Shown piece after piece: positions 27,090-38,689 of a stretch of DNA of 64,000 nucleotides; the stretch's first letter is position 1, and each line of letters opens with the position of its first letter. This stretch comes from Camelus ferus (lineage: Eukaryota): NCBI RefSeq assembly GCF_009834535.1, contig NC_045696.1, positions 19,594,001 through 19,658,000 of the forward strand, given 5' to 3'. The notes beneath the pieces are model-generated. The model searched no databases, was not told where the DNA came from, and worked only from the letters and a program-made list of their open reading frames with translations. The position numbers were made by a program, and so were the translations under genes.

Positions 27090-28304
27090 AAAAGACTAAG
27101 CCTTCTGCCAGTCCTTGATTCACCTCCTGAAGGCCTTCTTGATCTCCCCCCAACCTGCTTCTACTGTCCCCTCCCTACCCTCTTTCTTCATATATCCCAG
27201 TTTGGGCCACAGGTAGAAGAGGCCACTTCCATACCAGCCTCCTCCCCTAGAACCCAGTCCAGCAAGTCCACAAAGCAGGACGAATTACCAACCAGGGTCC
27301 AACAACCTGCCAGAAAAAATACTCCCTGTGAGGCAGGCCCTCAGTGGAGAAGGAGGGCTCATCCCCTTTATTACTTCTGATCTGTATAACCGGAAAAGTC
27401 ACAGCAAAGGACTGAGGGAAGATCCAAAGGGTTCCTGAATCAAATTAGGGGAAACTTTCAGACCCATGACCCCACCTGGGCTGAGATCCAGAGCTTCCTC
27501 ATTGTACTCCTAACTGGGGGAGAAAAGGCCATGATCTTTTCAAAAACCTAAGAGGAAGCAGACAAAGAGGACAAAAACAATGCAGATCGTGCTCTTTTCA
27601 GACCAGAGAATCAAGTGGTCCCAGATAACAAACCCAACTGGGGCTATTAAGACAATGAAGAAGGGGCTGGAAGAGAGAGGCTGACCCATCATAAAAACAT
27701 AATCCTAAAAGGAATGCAGGCAGCAGGAAATAAACCTGTCAATTGGAATAAGACAAAGGCAGTCAATCAGGAGCCAACAGAAAATCCTTCAGCATGCCTA
27801 GGGCTCATCAGGGAATGCCTCCAAATCTATACTATCACTGACCCTGAGTCACTGGGGAACTCAGTCTTGAGGTAATATTTCATTTCCCAAAGTACCCTTG
27901 ACATTAGGCATAAACTTCAGAAACTGTAAACCGAACCAGTTACCCCTACCTCTTGCCCAGTTGAAGTTGTCCACTTGTGTTTAATAACCATGATATAGAG
28001 GAGGAAAAGTCAGGGGATAAGAAGGCCCAGAGGCAAGCCCACCTACTGGCTGTTGCCCCCCGCTGTCACTAGGTTGGCATGGGAATCTGCACTAACCATC
28101 CAGGGAGACTTTCAACTCCAGTGAGCAACACCCAGCCCCTGCCAAGGGATAACAAGCCAAGGAAACTAAGACCCAAAGTGGGTCATATGCAAACAAGAGG
28201 GACACTGGAAGGAAGAATGCCCTCATTACCTCCAAAGGGGGACAGAAATCGCAGATCTTGGCCACTACTCTCAAAGACAGATGGTCCCAACAGATAAAGA
28301 ATGA
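27090..28304 (+). pseudogene. gag: ERV gag remnant (Pro-rich region, capsid, nucleocapsid)
   Basis: Capsid start PF.TSDLYN.K (~27365), MHR-like VNQEPTENPSACL..IRECLQIYT (~27760), single Cys-His box remnant .VICKQEGHWKEECP (~28178-28222), TGA at 28302 followed by Q-G-R-G as at class I readthrough junctions. Confidence 0.88.
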
Positions 28305-28560
28305 CAAGGCCGAGGGGCTCCTAAGCTGGCACTCCATCTGACCCTCAAGGAGCCCTGACTGGCATTGGACATAGAGGGGAGACCCTGTCGAATTCTTAAT
28401 CAACACCAGTGCCACTTACTTGGTTCTGAACACCAGATCAAGTAAACGCAGTCTTAAGAGTTGTAAAATTATGGAGGTATCAGGTAAGGCTCAGGAATGG
28501 GCATTCACAGAGCCACTAATCAGGATGCAAACTGGATGGACACACTCTCACCCATTCCTT

Positions 28561-28978
28561 TGTTACCGAAACAACAGGCCAGCCAAGAAACAAGCACCAC
28601 TCGGAGGGTTGGAGTACTGATTTATTACGCCGGCAGGCTCAGAGGGGCTTCTGCTCTGAAGCTCTGAGCACCTCCAAGACGTGTGCATGAGGTTTTATAG
28701 GGTTAATTACAAGCTTGGGGTATTCAGCCAATAGGCATGGAACAGCTTTAGCAGCATCATTATCACAAAAGTAGAGGCAGGGAGGCAGCAAACCAACATT
28801 TCAAGGCCAGATATGTCTCTCTGAAAATCCAGCTGGCTAGCAAAAAACATTAGCAGGGAATCAACAAACCGACACTTATTAACTTAGATTTACGAGTTAG
28901 CCCAGCAGAACTCAGATCAGTAATCCGACACTTGTTACACAGATTTACGAGTAGGCCCAGCCTGGCTTTTCCTTCATG
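28561..28978 (-). mobile_element. Solo LTR family A nested in the ERV protease gene, opposite to the provirus and in the same sense as NCAM2
   Basis: Reverse complement of 12166-12574 at both ends. The protease reads ...THSF before it and YVP*CPRPQLARSILHKLEA after it. TSD imperfect (cctt/cctc), right edge uncertain by 2 nt. Confidence 0.92.
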
Positions 28979-31588
28979 CCTCCCATACGTTCCCTAATGC
29001 CCTAGACCCCAACTAGCAAGGAGTATCTTACATAAATTGGAAGCTACTTTCTGACTAATAGGAGACAAACTGAAGACTGGTGTTCCTGTGGACAGGGGGT
29101 ACAAGATGATAATGTTAATAGCAGAGGACAAACCTTCCAGGACAGAGCAAATTGAGTTCCCAGGAGTAAATCCCGAGGGCTGGGCCTAGGGACAGGTGGG
29201 AAGAGCACAGGAGCCAGTCCCATGATAGCCCACCTAAAATCCAGACATACATGGCCCAATAGAAGACACTACACTCTCCACTGAGAGGACTTGCTGGGCA
29301 TTGGCCCTGTTATACAGGTCTAATCGACCAGGACCTTATTAAACCATGCCCATCAGCCTGTAATACCCCCATTCTCCCCTTGAAGAAACCTAGTGAGGAA
29401 TATCAGATGGTACAGGACCGCAGGGCAGTCAGTGAAGCCAGCCAGGGTTACATCCAGTAGTCCCTAATCCCTACACCCTGCTGGCCACTCTACTGTCCAC
29501 CAGGACCTGGTATTCCATACTAGATTTGAAAGATGTATTCTTCTGTATTCCATTGTCCCAGAATCATAAGAAGTTTTTGCTTTTGAGTGGCGAGACAAGT
29601 CTGCTGGACCGTCCTGCCCTAAGGGTTCAAAAATTCCTCCACTGTTTTTGGGGAAACTTTAGCTAAAGACCTAAAAGCTCTACATCTGGAGGAGGGCTCG
29701 CTCCTCCAGTATGTAAACAACATTACGCTCGCCAGCCCTACTAAGGAGGCCTCTGATAAAAATACTGGAACCACCCTGAACCACCGAGCAGATAAAGGGA
29801 GTGCATAAAGGATACAAGGTGTCCAAGAAAAAGTTTCAAATGTCGCAAACTAGGATGACCTACCTAGGCTTCATTATCACAGGTCAGAGAAGTCTACCCC
29901 AGGACAGGAAAGGAGCCATCTGCAGCCTCATTTCTCCTAAAACTGGAAGACAGCTTAGGGGTGTCCTGGGGATGGAAGGGTTTTGCCACACCTGGATACC
30001 TAACTGTGGTCTCATCGCTAGGCCTTTATATGAAAAGTTGAAACAAAAGGATGACGATCCTTTTGAATGGAATTCAGAATGCGAATGAACCCTTCAAGAA
30101 GTGAAAAGCAATTACGTCAGGCCCCTCCCCTGGCCCTCCCAGGTTTAGCTAAATCCTTTGACTTTTATATTCAGGAGAGGAGGGTAGTTGCCCTTGGGGA
30201 ATTAGCTCAGACACTGGAAGCCCCTTACTTGGGAGGTTGCTTATTTCTCTAAACAATTAGATTAAACTGCTAAGGGATGGCCTGGCCTCCTGGCAGCAGC
30301 AGCTACAACAACCCTGCTAGAGGTGGGAGAGTTAACGTGGTCAGCCAGTCACTACATAAAAACCTGCCACAGGTTAAATCCCACAGAAACAGGGCCCCTG
30401 GAGCATGACTGTGCAGAAACCACAGATAAGATCGATTCCAGTTGCCCCTGCTTAGGAAGTGAACCTCTCCCAAATGCCAAAGAGAAATAAATGGTTTAAA
30501 GACAAGAGCAGTTTTATGAGAGAGAAAAGGCTGGTCAGATAGGCAGTGACCTCCCAGATCCGAGTAATAGAAGCAAGAATCCTAGGCACAGGGATTTCTG
30601 CCCAAAAGTTGGAGCTTAAAGCCTTCACCCAAGCCTTAGAGCTCGGGACTGGGAAAATCTTAAATGTTTACACAGATTCCCAGGTTGTGTATGCCATCCT
30701 ACAGGGACATGGGGCTATTTGGAAGGAAAGGGGTGTGCTTACTGTAGAGAATAAGCAGGTAAAACGTGGCTTAAACATACTGAGACTCCTAGAAGCAGTG
30801 CAGCTTCCAAAAACAGTGGCAGTGATTCACTGAAGGGAAATCGAAAAGAGAATGCAGAGGTAACAAAGAGAAACAACAAAGCTAACACAAGTGCCACAAG
30901 AGTGGCCCAAGGCAACTTGGCAATTATGCCTCACACTCAAGAGCCCAGATCCATCCAATTACTCCCTAGTCTACACAAAAGAAGAATTAGACAAAGCCTA
31001 AAAATGGGGTTTCAGTAAAGATCTAGGAGGCCACGGGTGGCTATTTAATGAATGTGAGTAATATTTCTTTCCCCAGACCAGGTTCTCTAGCCATCGAGGA
31101 GGCTCCCCAAGGAACTCATTATGGGAGTTGAAGCCCTGGTTACCCCTGGCTTGAAAAGTATAATCAGTAGGATAGCTGAGACATGCCTCATCTGTATAAC
31201 CAACACCAGACTCCGAGAGGCTGCCAGATAAAGCCCATTCAGAGGCATATCCTGGAGAAGACAGGCAGATTGATTTCACAATCAGGTAGAGAGTACTGGG
31301 CAATTTCAGTATCTCTTGGTGCTAGTGGACACCTTTCCAGGGTGGATAGAAGCATTCCCCACAGAACTGAGATGATCCCCAGGTTTGGGCTCCCAGGGTC
31401 CCTACAGAGTGATAATGGCCTAGCGTTCATGTCTCAAGTGACAAAAGGGACAAGTGCCCCAGGCATAAAACGGACCTTGCACTCAGCCTGGAGACCCCAA
31501 TCATCAGGGAAAGTACAGGGATCCAATAAGACCTTAAAACAAACCTTAGCCAATCTATGCCAGGAGACTCAAGGAAACTGGATTAAGT

Positions 31589-32135
31589 TGTGGGAGCCCA
31601 TGATTGAGTTAACAAATTGTAACAGACCCCAGCCGCTTGTCTCCTTAAAGAAGAACAAATGTGCTTAATAACTGCCTTGGAAGCAGGCACCTGTGCATCC
31701 GCACTCCGGTCTCCTTTCTGTAAAAAGCAGAGACAATGCCTTGCTTGCATAGTTGAGGTTTCAGATAGCACTCTGCTCGTTGCGAAGCAAGGACCCAGGC
31801 CCTCGGCTATAAATGCTGGGCGTGCCTGCTGTTAGATAGCCTTCTATCCCCAGAACAAGGAACTGGCTGGGCTGGTGGTCTGCTTTAACATTATCTATAA
31901 CAAGGTACCTTGTTCCCCCCTCCCCCCATCTTACTTTCCTAAAGATAAACAAAGCCTTTGTACTCATTGTGATTTCTGTAATCTCAATCCCACCCTGTCT
32001 TTCCCTAAATTCCTGAATTCCAAGACACAACTGTTAGTGATTTCTCCTTTGATTGTACACAATAAATGCGGGAGCATTTGAGAGGCTTGTGGAGTTGGCT
32101 CCCAACTCCCTCTCACTCTCTTGACTTTTTCCACA
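31589..32135 (+). mobile_element. Solo LTR family B nested in the ERV integrase gene
   Basis: Starts tgtgggagcccatgattg as at 12777, ends ccaca, TSD ttaagt/ttaaat (5 of 6). Removing it restores integrase QETQGNWIK-LLPIALF. Confidence 0.93.
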
Positions 32136-32805
32136 TTAAATTGCTCCCAATTGCCCTGTTCTGCAAGCAGTTAGCTCCAAGAGGTAAGTTAAAGTTAAGC
32201 GCATTTTACCTCATGTATGGTAGACCCATTTCCCAACCCCCAGAGAAGGGGCTTAGCCCACCTTGAAATGGAACAACTCAGTGTGCCCTCCAGATAGGAG
32301 AAACCATGAAAGCGCTCATGGAATATGGTAACTGATTGCTGCCCACATCCACCAGCCTGGCCCTAAACCCCTTCCGGCTAGGAGTCTGGGTGCACTTAAA
32401 ATCCTGGAAAACCAGCAGCCTGCAAGGTTAGCTCCTCCTAAGGAGAAGGAACCCCACTTGGTGATCCTAATTACCACTTCTGCCCTGAAGCTGCAGGGAT
32501 CACTTCATGGGGACATCACACTCGACTATCTCAGCCTCCAGAGAGACAATCTGGGGAAGTGGTCCCTTTGACTACCCACGTGAATCTCTAACCTGCAGCT
32601 TCTCTTCCAGAAAATAACCAAAATTCAACTGTTAGGCAGTTAGGTAAGTGGGGGCACTGGGCAGACAGGTGGAGGAGCGGGAGGATGGTCCGAAAGATGG
32701 TGGTGTGCCTGCCTCCAGCATAAAGGGCTTTACTTCTTCTAAATGAGTGCCAGCAAGAAAACAGCTACAACCCGACAGCCAAGACTGTGCGGTAGCAGAG
32801 AGGAC

Positions 32806-33177
32806 TTAACCAGACACGACCAATGTTCATTGTATTATAATTAACACTGCAGTTTAGCCCCCCCCCCCATCATGGGTTTTCCTGTGTAAACCATGGGTAA
32901 GGACATGCGCAAAGGGGCCAAACGTGACTAAGCACTCCAGGGACTAGAGCCATCAAGCAGTCAAAAGACCACCTCTAAGCAAGGGTGTGAGAGAAAGGGG
33001 AGAAAAAAAACCACTGCTTTTCCTGCCTTGGATCAGCCTGCCTCCCACTCTTGGGGGTGTACTTTGCCTTTCCTTTTAAATATATCTTTTAAAATCTTTC
33101 ACTACATAACGCACCATCTCCCATCTGCAAATTTGTCAGGTATGACAAGAACCAGGTCTTTACCTTTTGGGGTAACA
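32806..33177 (+). mobile_element. Putative 3' LTR of the provirus
   Basis: Follows a purine-rich tract (agcagagagga) and ends gacaagaaccagg...ggggtaaca, like ERV1 U5 ends. 5' edge approximate. No second copy in the window to confirm it. Confidence 0.65.
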
Positions 33178-33455
33178 CAGTCAGGGGTATTTATGCCACT
33201 GCAGTGAGCCTCGACATCAGGGCACACTTCCCTTCAGGCAAATAGACCTAAATACCTTCATTTTTAGGAACAATTTGACATGTGACAACAATTCTTGCTA
33301 CTATTCGGGCCATGCATACTAAATTGTCTGGTGTCCTTTCTTTCCAAAAGGTTAGACAAATAGTCGCTCAGGAATAGGGACATTCAGGGCTGAAGTCTGG
33401 TGACCATCAAACATGTCTAAAGGCAGCTGGGGAGAAGTTCTGCTCCACTACCCGG

Positions 33456-34038
33456 CGTTACGACATCACTCACACTCTGCCAGAAGGAGTTACAGAACAA
33501 GGACCTTCGACCTTCAAGACTGAGGAGCAAACAAAAGACATGAAGGATTTGTCACCAGCAAAGCCCACGAACTAATTCCTAGTAAATAAAAACCTGGGTA
33601 GTAAAATAAAGTCTAACCTTTTTTTTCCCCCTCTTTGTGCTTAGCGTAGTTTGACTCGCTCCTAGGCTGCCGCGTGCGGAGGCCCTGCACCCACACTTCA
33701 AACCAGAGCTCCTGGCGTGGAACGGCCGCGATGACAAGTCCGCTTGCTCCAGGACGCTGTGCACAACAGCGCAAGTCAAGATGGCGGGGGCGGGGACTGC
33801 GCCTGCCCGGGGAGAGCTCTGCCCCTCCCCTCCCCGCCGCTGAGCCCTAGGAAGCAGCCCCGCCCACCGGGGGGTCTCCCTGGCTGGGAAGAGCCTGAGC
33901 TCCAGAGCGCAAGCTCCCACCTCTCCATTCTCCGATCAGAGAATAAAGCTTTCCTTTGCTTCTGGCCCAAACTTGGTCTCATTCTATTAGCGAGAGCAAT
34001 ACCAGGCAGAAAGACCCTCGTTGGGAGCGTAGGTAACA
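33456..34038 (+). mobile_element. CpG-rich ERV solo LTR (young-looking)
   Basis: GC/CpG-rich core at 33650-33910, AATAAA at 33942, ends aagaccctcgttgggagcgtaggtaaca. 5' edge inferred from cgttac (inverse of gtaaca). No clean TSD found. Confidence 0.75.
33777..33870 (+). promoter_or_regulatory. YY1-type motif and GC boxes inside the CpG-rich LTR
   Basis: CAAGATGGCGG at 33777-87, GGGGCGGGG at 33787-95, further CCCCGCC motifs downstream. Motif match only. Confidence 0.5.
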
Positions 34039-37000
34039 TTCATACCCCGGGAAAAAGGGAGCATATTTTATCCATCTTACTCTGTCCACCCAGCAAAGGG
34101 TCTGGAAGAGTCCTTGCTAAAATAGTGTGCATCAGTGAAGTGACACTGTATAAACCGAAACAAAAACAAATGAAAACTCTCTTACTCGTACTGCTCCATG
34201 AATATTTCTGTGGGATGAATCCAATAAAAAGCAGTTTTAAATCAATTTTATTTCCTCTAAACTAAATAGAGAATGTGTATCTTGCTAAATTTATAAACAT
34301 TTGCATAAATTAAATTAGTGACATATTAAGTAAGTTTTGAGTAAAAAGCTTTGCTACCATGGATTGTTCAGTAATTGTGTGTGTGTTTCAAACATGCATT
34401 TCCCATGTGAAAATAAAATGTATAAAAATGTCATCTAAATGACCAGTACTCAAAAACTAACTAATGTTCAAAAGAGACCATGTGAATGAAAATAAAGCGC
34501 AAATAAGGTAAAAAGAAAGAAGGAACTAAAAGTGAAGGTGAGAAGTTCTGTAAAGAAATGTCAAGAAATTATGAACTTGGGAAGACCAAAATGGTGCGGC
34601 AATATATTTCATGATCATTACGCTCTCATCTGTCATGGAACCACAGCACTGGGCAAAAATCAGTCATTTATATATTGAGAATTTCCCACATGTCAAGCAC
34701 TTAAAAACCTGGGCTTACTAAGAAATTAAAGTTAGTACATCATAATGGAGAGGAAACGTTTGTGAGGTTCATATAATTTTGTTTTAAAAACTGACAAAAT
34801 AATTTGTTTCTTAAAATGCATTGTTTGAACATTCAGTGAATGTAAGAAGAAAATAGAGAATGTGAAGCCCAAAACCTAATTTAAATAATTTGTATTGCAT
34901 TTGTAATTAATTGTAATTAATTGTATTTTGCTCAGCAAATAGTTTATTAATAAAAATAGAATAACTATGCATGATACTTTAATATTTATAAAACAGGAAG
35001 CAATAAGACCATCTGCCCCATAGTTAAAATCAATCTTTTTTCTTAATTCACTTAAAGTAAATAAAAGTAAAATATATCCCTTTCTGTCAGTCAGGCTGGA
35101 GAATGTCCGCTGAGTGATGAGTGAAGCAATCTGTGCTTACAAGGCAGTTGGACCCGCAGTCTGTTATAAGACTAGGAACAGCTCACTCATCACTTATTTT
35201 GAGTGTGACACTTAATTAAAACCAAAATATTGTGAAGTAGCAGCTAAGTCCAAGCCTTACATCCAATCCAAGTTTATTTCAACAGACACCACTTAGACAT
35301 GTAAGCTATTAGCTGCCTGATGAAACCAGCATAGAACATCATGTGAATTTTGAATCATTGCTAATACTATGCAGTAACAAATTTAATTAAGGGAGAGTGT
35401 TTGCATTGGGCTTACATCCTGTCTCTGGATGGCTGTGTAAGGGCTTTCTCTGTTCCAAGTGTGTGAAATTTCTCCACTAATTAAGGCCAGCCTAAACTTT
35501 ATTTATAAACCCGGCAAATCAAAACTCGAACATCTGTTATACAGCAGTTCAGCCAGAATGTTTTTCCTTCTTCCTTTCCTGAGTGGTATAATATCACTAG
35601 CTACCAGCATACCTTGATATACACTGTGAGAAAATGTGAAACACATCAGCATATTGGGAATGCTCCTATGAAATAATGCAGAAGAAAAGAAGAAACACAT
35701 CTTCCTCAGTTCTAGGGACAAAAATGTTTTAAATTAGAAGCACTGAAATGAGGAACCAATGAAAGATGTCACCCTTAATGTGAGAGGATATTAATTTTCT
35801 CTGCTCAGTGCAAATCATAAAACTCCTATAACATAAGAGTCCAAAATATTTCTCCAGGAATACACTCTTTTAAAATAAACAATTCTGAAAGAATATTACA
35901 AGATATGAGCCATAATTTTTTTAAAGATTTTCAATAGCCCTTGGGAACAATGGTTACAAGAATAAAATTGACATAATTTGAAGATACACGCAATGATCTA
36001 TTCATTAATTGAGTTCTTCACTCAATAACCATGTATTGAATCACTGAGCAGATTTGCCTGAGAACATATATGAAGTTTGCTATTATGTAACTACAGGAAA
36101 ATATTTCACTAGGTTGACAAATTCCCATTCATGAAATAAGAGATTTATATGTTTTAAAAAACCAAGAGCAATTTTGCTTCTTAGGCTTTCAAATCAATTG
36201 TAGCATAACTTTATATTATGGCCAGGGGGCATTTTTGTTTAATAATAAGATTAAGTATTAAAAAAAGAAGGCATATTTTACAAATGATTTCTCCAAATGT
36301 GTTCATAAAGATGTGGAGAAAATGCCAGAGAAATTTTAAAAGGGCAAATTAGTTTTGATGGTTAAATATAGAGAGCCTTTTTTTTCCCCCCAGTAAAAGG
36401 ATTTTAGGCATCCCAGAATCTTATAGTATTGTATCCTGGAAGTGCCTATTAAATTTCTAGTCTAGCGATCTCAGATTACAGGTGAGAAAAGGGGCCAGAG
36501 GTTGATCTGTTTCTGAAGTTCTCATAATGCAGAGGTGGATGTGTGCTTAGACTACAAATCCCCCAGCCTAAGCTAACTTTACACCTCTAAATTCTCGGTG
36601 CTATTTTGTTGAAGAATTTGAGTGAAGGAGCAGATTGGGCACCTCTTCAGAATGGAGGAAAAGTTGACTTGGGGGAACCCCAGATAAGAAGAGAGCAGAC
36701 AGCCCACCCCTTCTGCCATGGAGCTGTCAATCAGAAGAGGGATGAGAATTATGTAGTTGCCAGGATGCATAGTTATACAGCATGACTTCCTAGTTTGAGC
36801 TAAAATAATAGGGTGAGAAGTCTTCCCCAGGTGGAGAGGAAGGCTGAAATCTGAGAGATTAGACCTCACCATTGTGTGTGCTCTCTGTGTGAACAGGAGA
36901 AGCAACTCCATAGATGGATAGTATGCGTCAACCTAAGGCAACAAAGAGAAAAATCAGCATGGCCACAGTTAGTACAAAAGAGAACCAGAGTTAGCATTAC

Positions 37001-37877
37001 CCTGACTCCTGTGTGGTGTGGGATGGTGTAATGCCCAGAAACCCACACACGTCTCATGCAGCAGAAAGCAGCTCCTGCCATTAGGCTTGCTGTGGGGGTT
37101 CTCTGATGAGAGGTAAACCCAGGAGTGGAACAGAAAATGTAGGTTAACTCAGAGACACCATCAGGACCGACAGCAACAGAGACGGAGCTGAGGCAACATG
37201 CCAGAATCCCTTGTCCCTGACCCAGTCACCACCTAGTCACCAGCCGTTTATCTAAGGACACTGATTCAAGAGATCAAGAGGTCAAGAATCCTATCACAGC
37301 CAAAAAACAAAATCTGTAGCTGAAGCAAGGACCAGAGGATGAGCACATATCTCAGTGCCCCCTCCCCCTCATCAGTTAGCTACAAGTTTACATAAGTAGG
37401 TCTCCCCTCCCCATGAGACACATACATGCTATCTGGGGAAGATGATATTAAAGACCCAGAGCTTACTTGAAAGATAATTGAATTAACTGTATATAGTGGA
37501 AGAAACCAAGAATCTGTCTTTGGAACTTTATATATATATACATGTGTATATATACATATATATACATAATGTGGGTAATAATAGCTTCTTTATATTTGTG
37601 AGAATTAAGTGTAAAGCATTTCTGTTATATGAATATCTGATCCAAAATAAATGTGTAATACATGTTGATCTCTATAATTGTAAACTTTCCTCTTAATTAG
37701 CTCTGGAGGTGCTCACAAAGACAAATTTGGTATCTTTGTTTTACATGAGAGAACTGTTCCGTGTTTGTACACCACTGAGTTAAGATTTCCATTTAAAATT
37801 GTATCTATAGTTTTTCTTTCCAAAGAAAGTGAAAAATTCTTTGATATAAATTTATTTGGAATTAATTTATTCACCTC

Positions 37878-38239
37878 TGCCTTAGTCCATTTGGACTGGT
37901 GTAACAAAATGCCATAAATGGGGCACCTTACAAGCAACAACCTTTTATTTCTCAGTTCTGGAGGCTGGAAGTTCGATATCAAGGTGTCAGCACAGTCCTG
38001 GTCTGGTGAAGGCCATCTTCCAGGTTTCAGACTGCCTATTTCTTGTTGTATCTTTATATGATGAAAAGAGAGTGAGAAAGCCCTTTGGGTCCCTTTAATA
38101 AGGGCACTAATCCATCTTGAGAACTCCACCCTCATAATCTAACCACCTCCCAAGGGCCCCACCATTTAACATCATCACATGGGGCATTTGGGTCCCATCA
38201 TGTGGATTTTGGGCGGACACAGACATTCAGAGCATAGCA
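37878..38239 (-). mobile_element. MaLR solo LTR (MLT1A/A0-like), full length
   Basis: TG...CA termini, perfect 5-bp TSD acctc (37873-77 and 38240-44), characteristic cagttctggaggctggaagt. Confidence 0.93.
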
Positions 38240-38689
38240 ACCTCCATTCAGTAATGCTGACTGACATGCTACAAATTTTGCAGCCCTGGGAACATTGCAC
38301 AATAGGTTGGAGACTTTGCTGACATAGGCACAAATAATGTGAAAATGTCTGGTGGTCATTTCCATGATATTTCCTTACCCTGGTGAGGGGTAGGAGATGT
38401 AGTACACAACTTGAAGTTTTATCCTTATGAACAAAAAAGGCTATTGCCTCAGTCACTATTTGCAGAAAACTGTGGACTAGATAAAGTTCCTTATAATGTA
38501 ATAAATACACAAGAAGTAACCAAATTTCTAAGCCAATGCTAAGAAAAATGATAATAGTATCAATGTCATTCATTTCTGCCAAACTCATATGGTAATAAAC
38601 ACAAATATTAAAGTGTATTTTGTGTTTCAAATTGTGTCATATGTAAGTACGACTCCTTCTACAACTGGTTCCCCTGGAGAGTTGCTATT

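Larger units (their letters stand above)
28305..32620 (+). pseudogene. pol: ERV pro-pol remnant (protease, RT, RNase H, integrase), split by two solo LTRs
   Basis: Protease FLINTSATY (decayed FLIDTGATY). RT CNTPILPLKKP, WYSILDLKDVFF, LP*GFKNS, LLQYVNNI (decayed YVDD). RNase H SAQKLEL, NVYTDS, HGAIWKERG (ORF 30546). Integrase QIDFT, IPRFGLPGSLQSDNG, HSAWRPQSSGKV (ORF 31183), LLPIALF...LMYGRP (ORF 32066). Confidence 0.95.
27070..33177 (+). mobile_element. Defective class I (gammaretrovirus-like) endogenous provirus: no 5' LTR, decayed gag-pro-pol, env mostly absent, putative 3' LTR
   Basis: Retroviral motifs occur in the expected order (see the gag and pol entries). There is a sharp GC shift from the flanking intron and many stops and frameshifts. 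Confidence 0.93.

Noticed and set aside
28390..29725. APOBEC3 G-to-A hypermutation, suggested by D-to-N changes in protease and RT
   Set aside because: Most of these changes are equally explained by CpG decay. The two cannot be separated without a consensus alignment.
12166..32135. Segmental duplication or assembly artefact explaining the repeated LTR pairs
   Set aside because: The copies have different flanks, their own TSDs, different orientation and spacing, and different internal segments.
27090..32620. Domesticated or still-coding retroviral gene
   Set aside because: Catalytic motifs are destroyed (DTG to NTS, YVDD to YVNN), and there are many stops, frameshifts, deletions and two LTR insertions.
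33579..34265. Overlapping ORFs of 173, 113 and 87 aa as a novel gene
   Set aside because: They lie in a GC-rich LTR where stops are scarce, have non-ATG or weak starts and low-complexity products, and show no domain similarity.
36600..37500. GC-elevated block as an unannotated exon or a nameable element
   Set aside because: It is probably an ancient LTR-type repeat, but I could not identify termini or family. The ORFs here look random.
37713..38630. Adjacent minus-strand ORFs of 140 and 151 aa
   Set aside because: Both overlap the MLT1 LTR and AT-rich intron, with no protein-like features or splice support.
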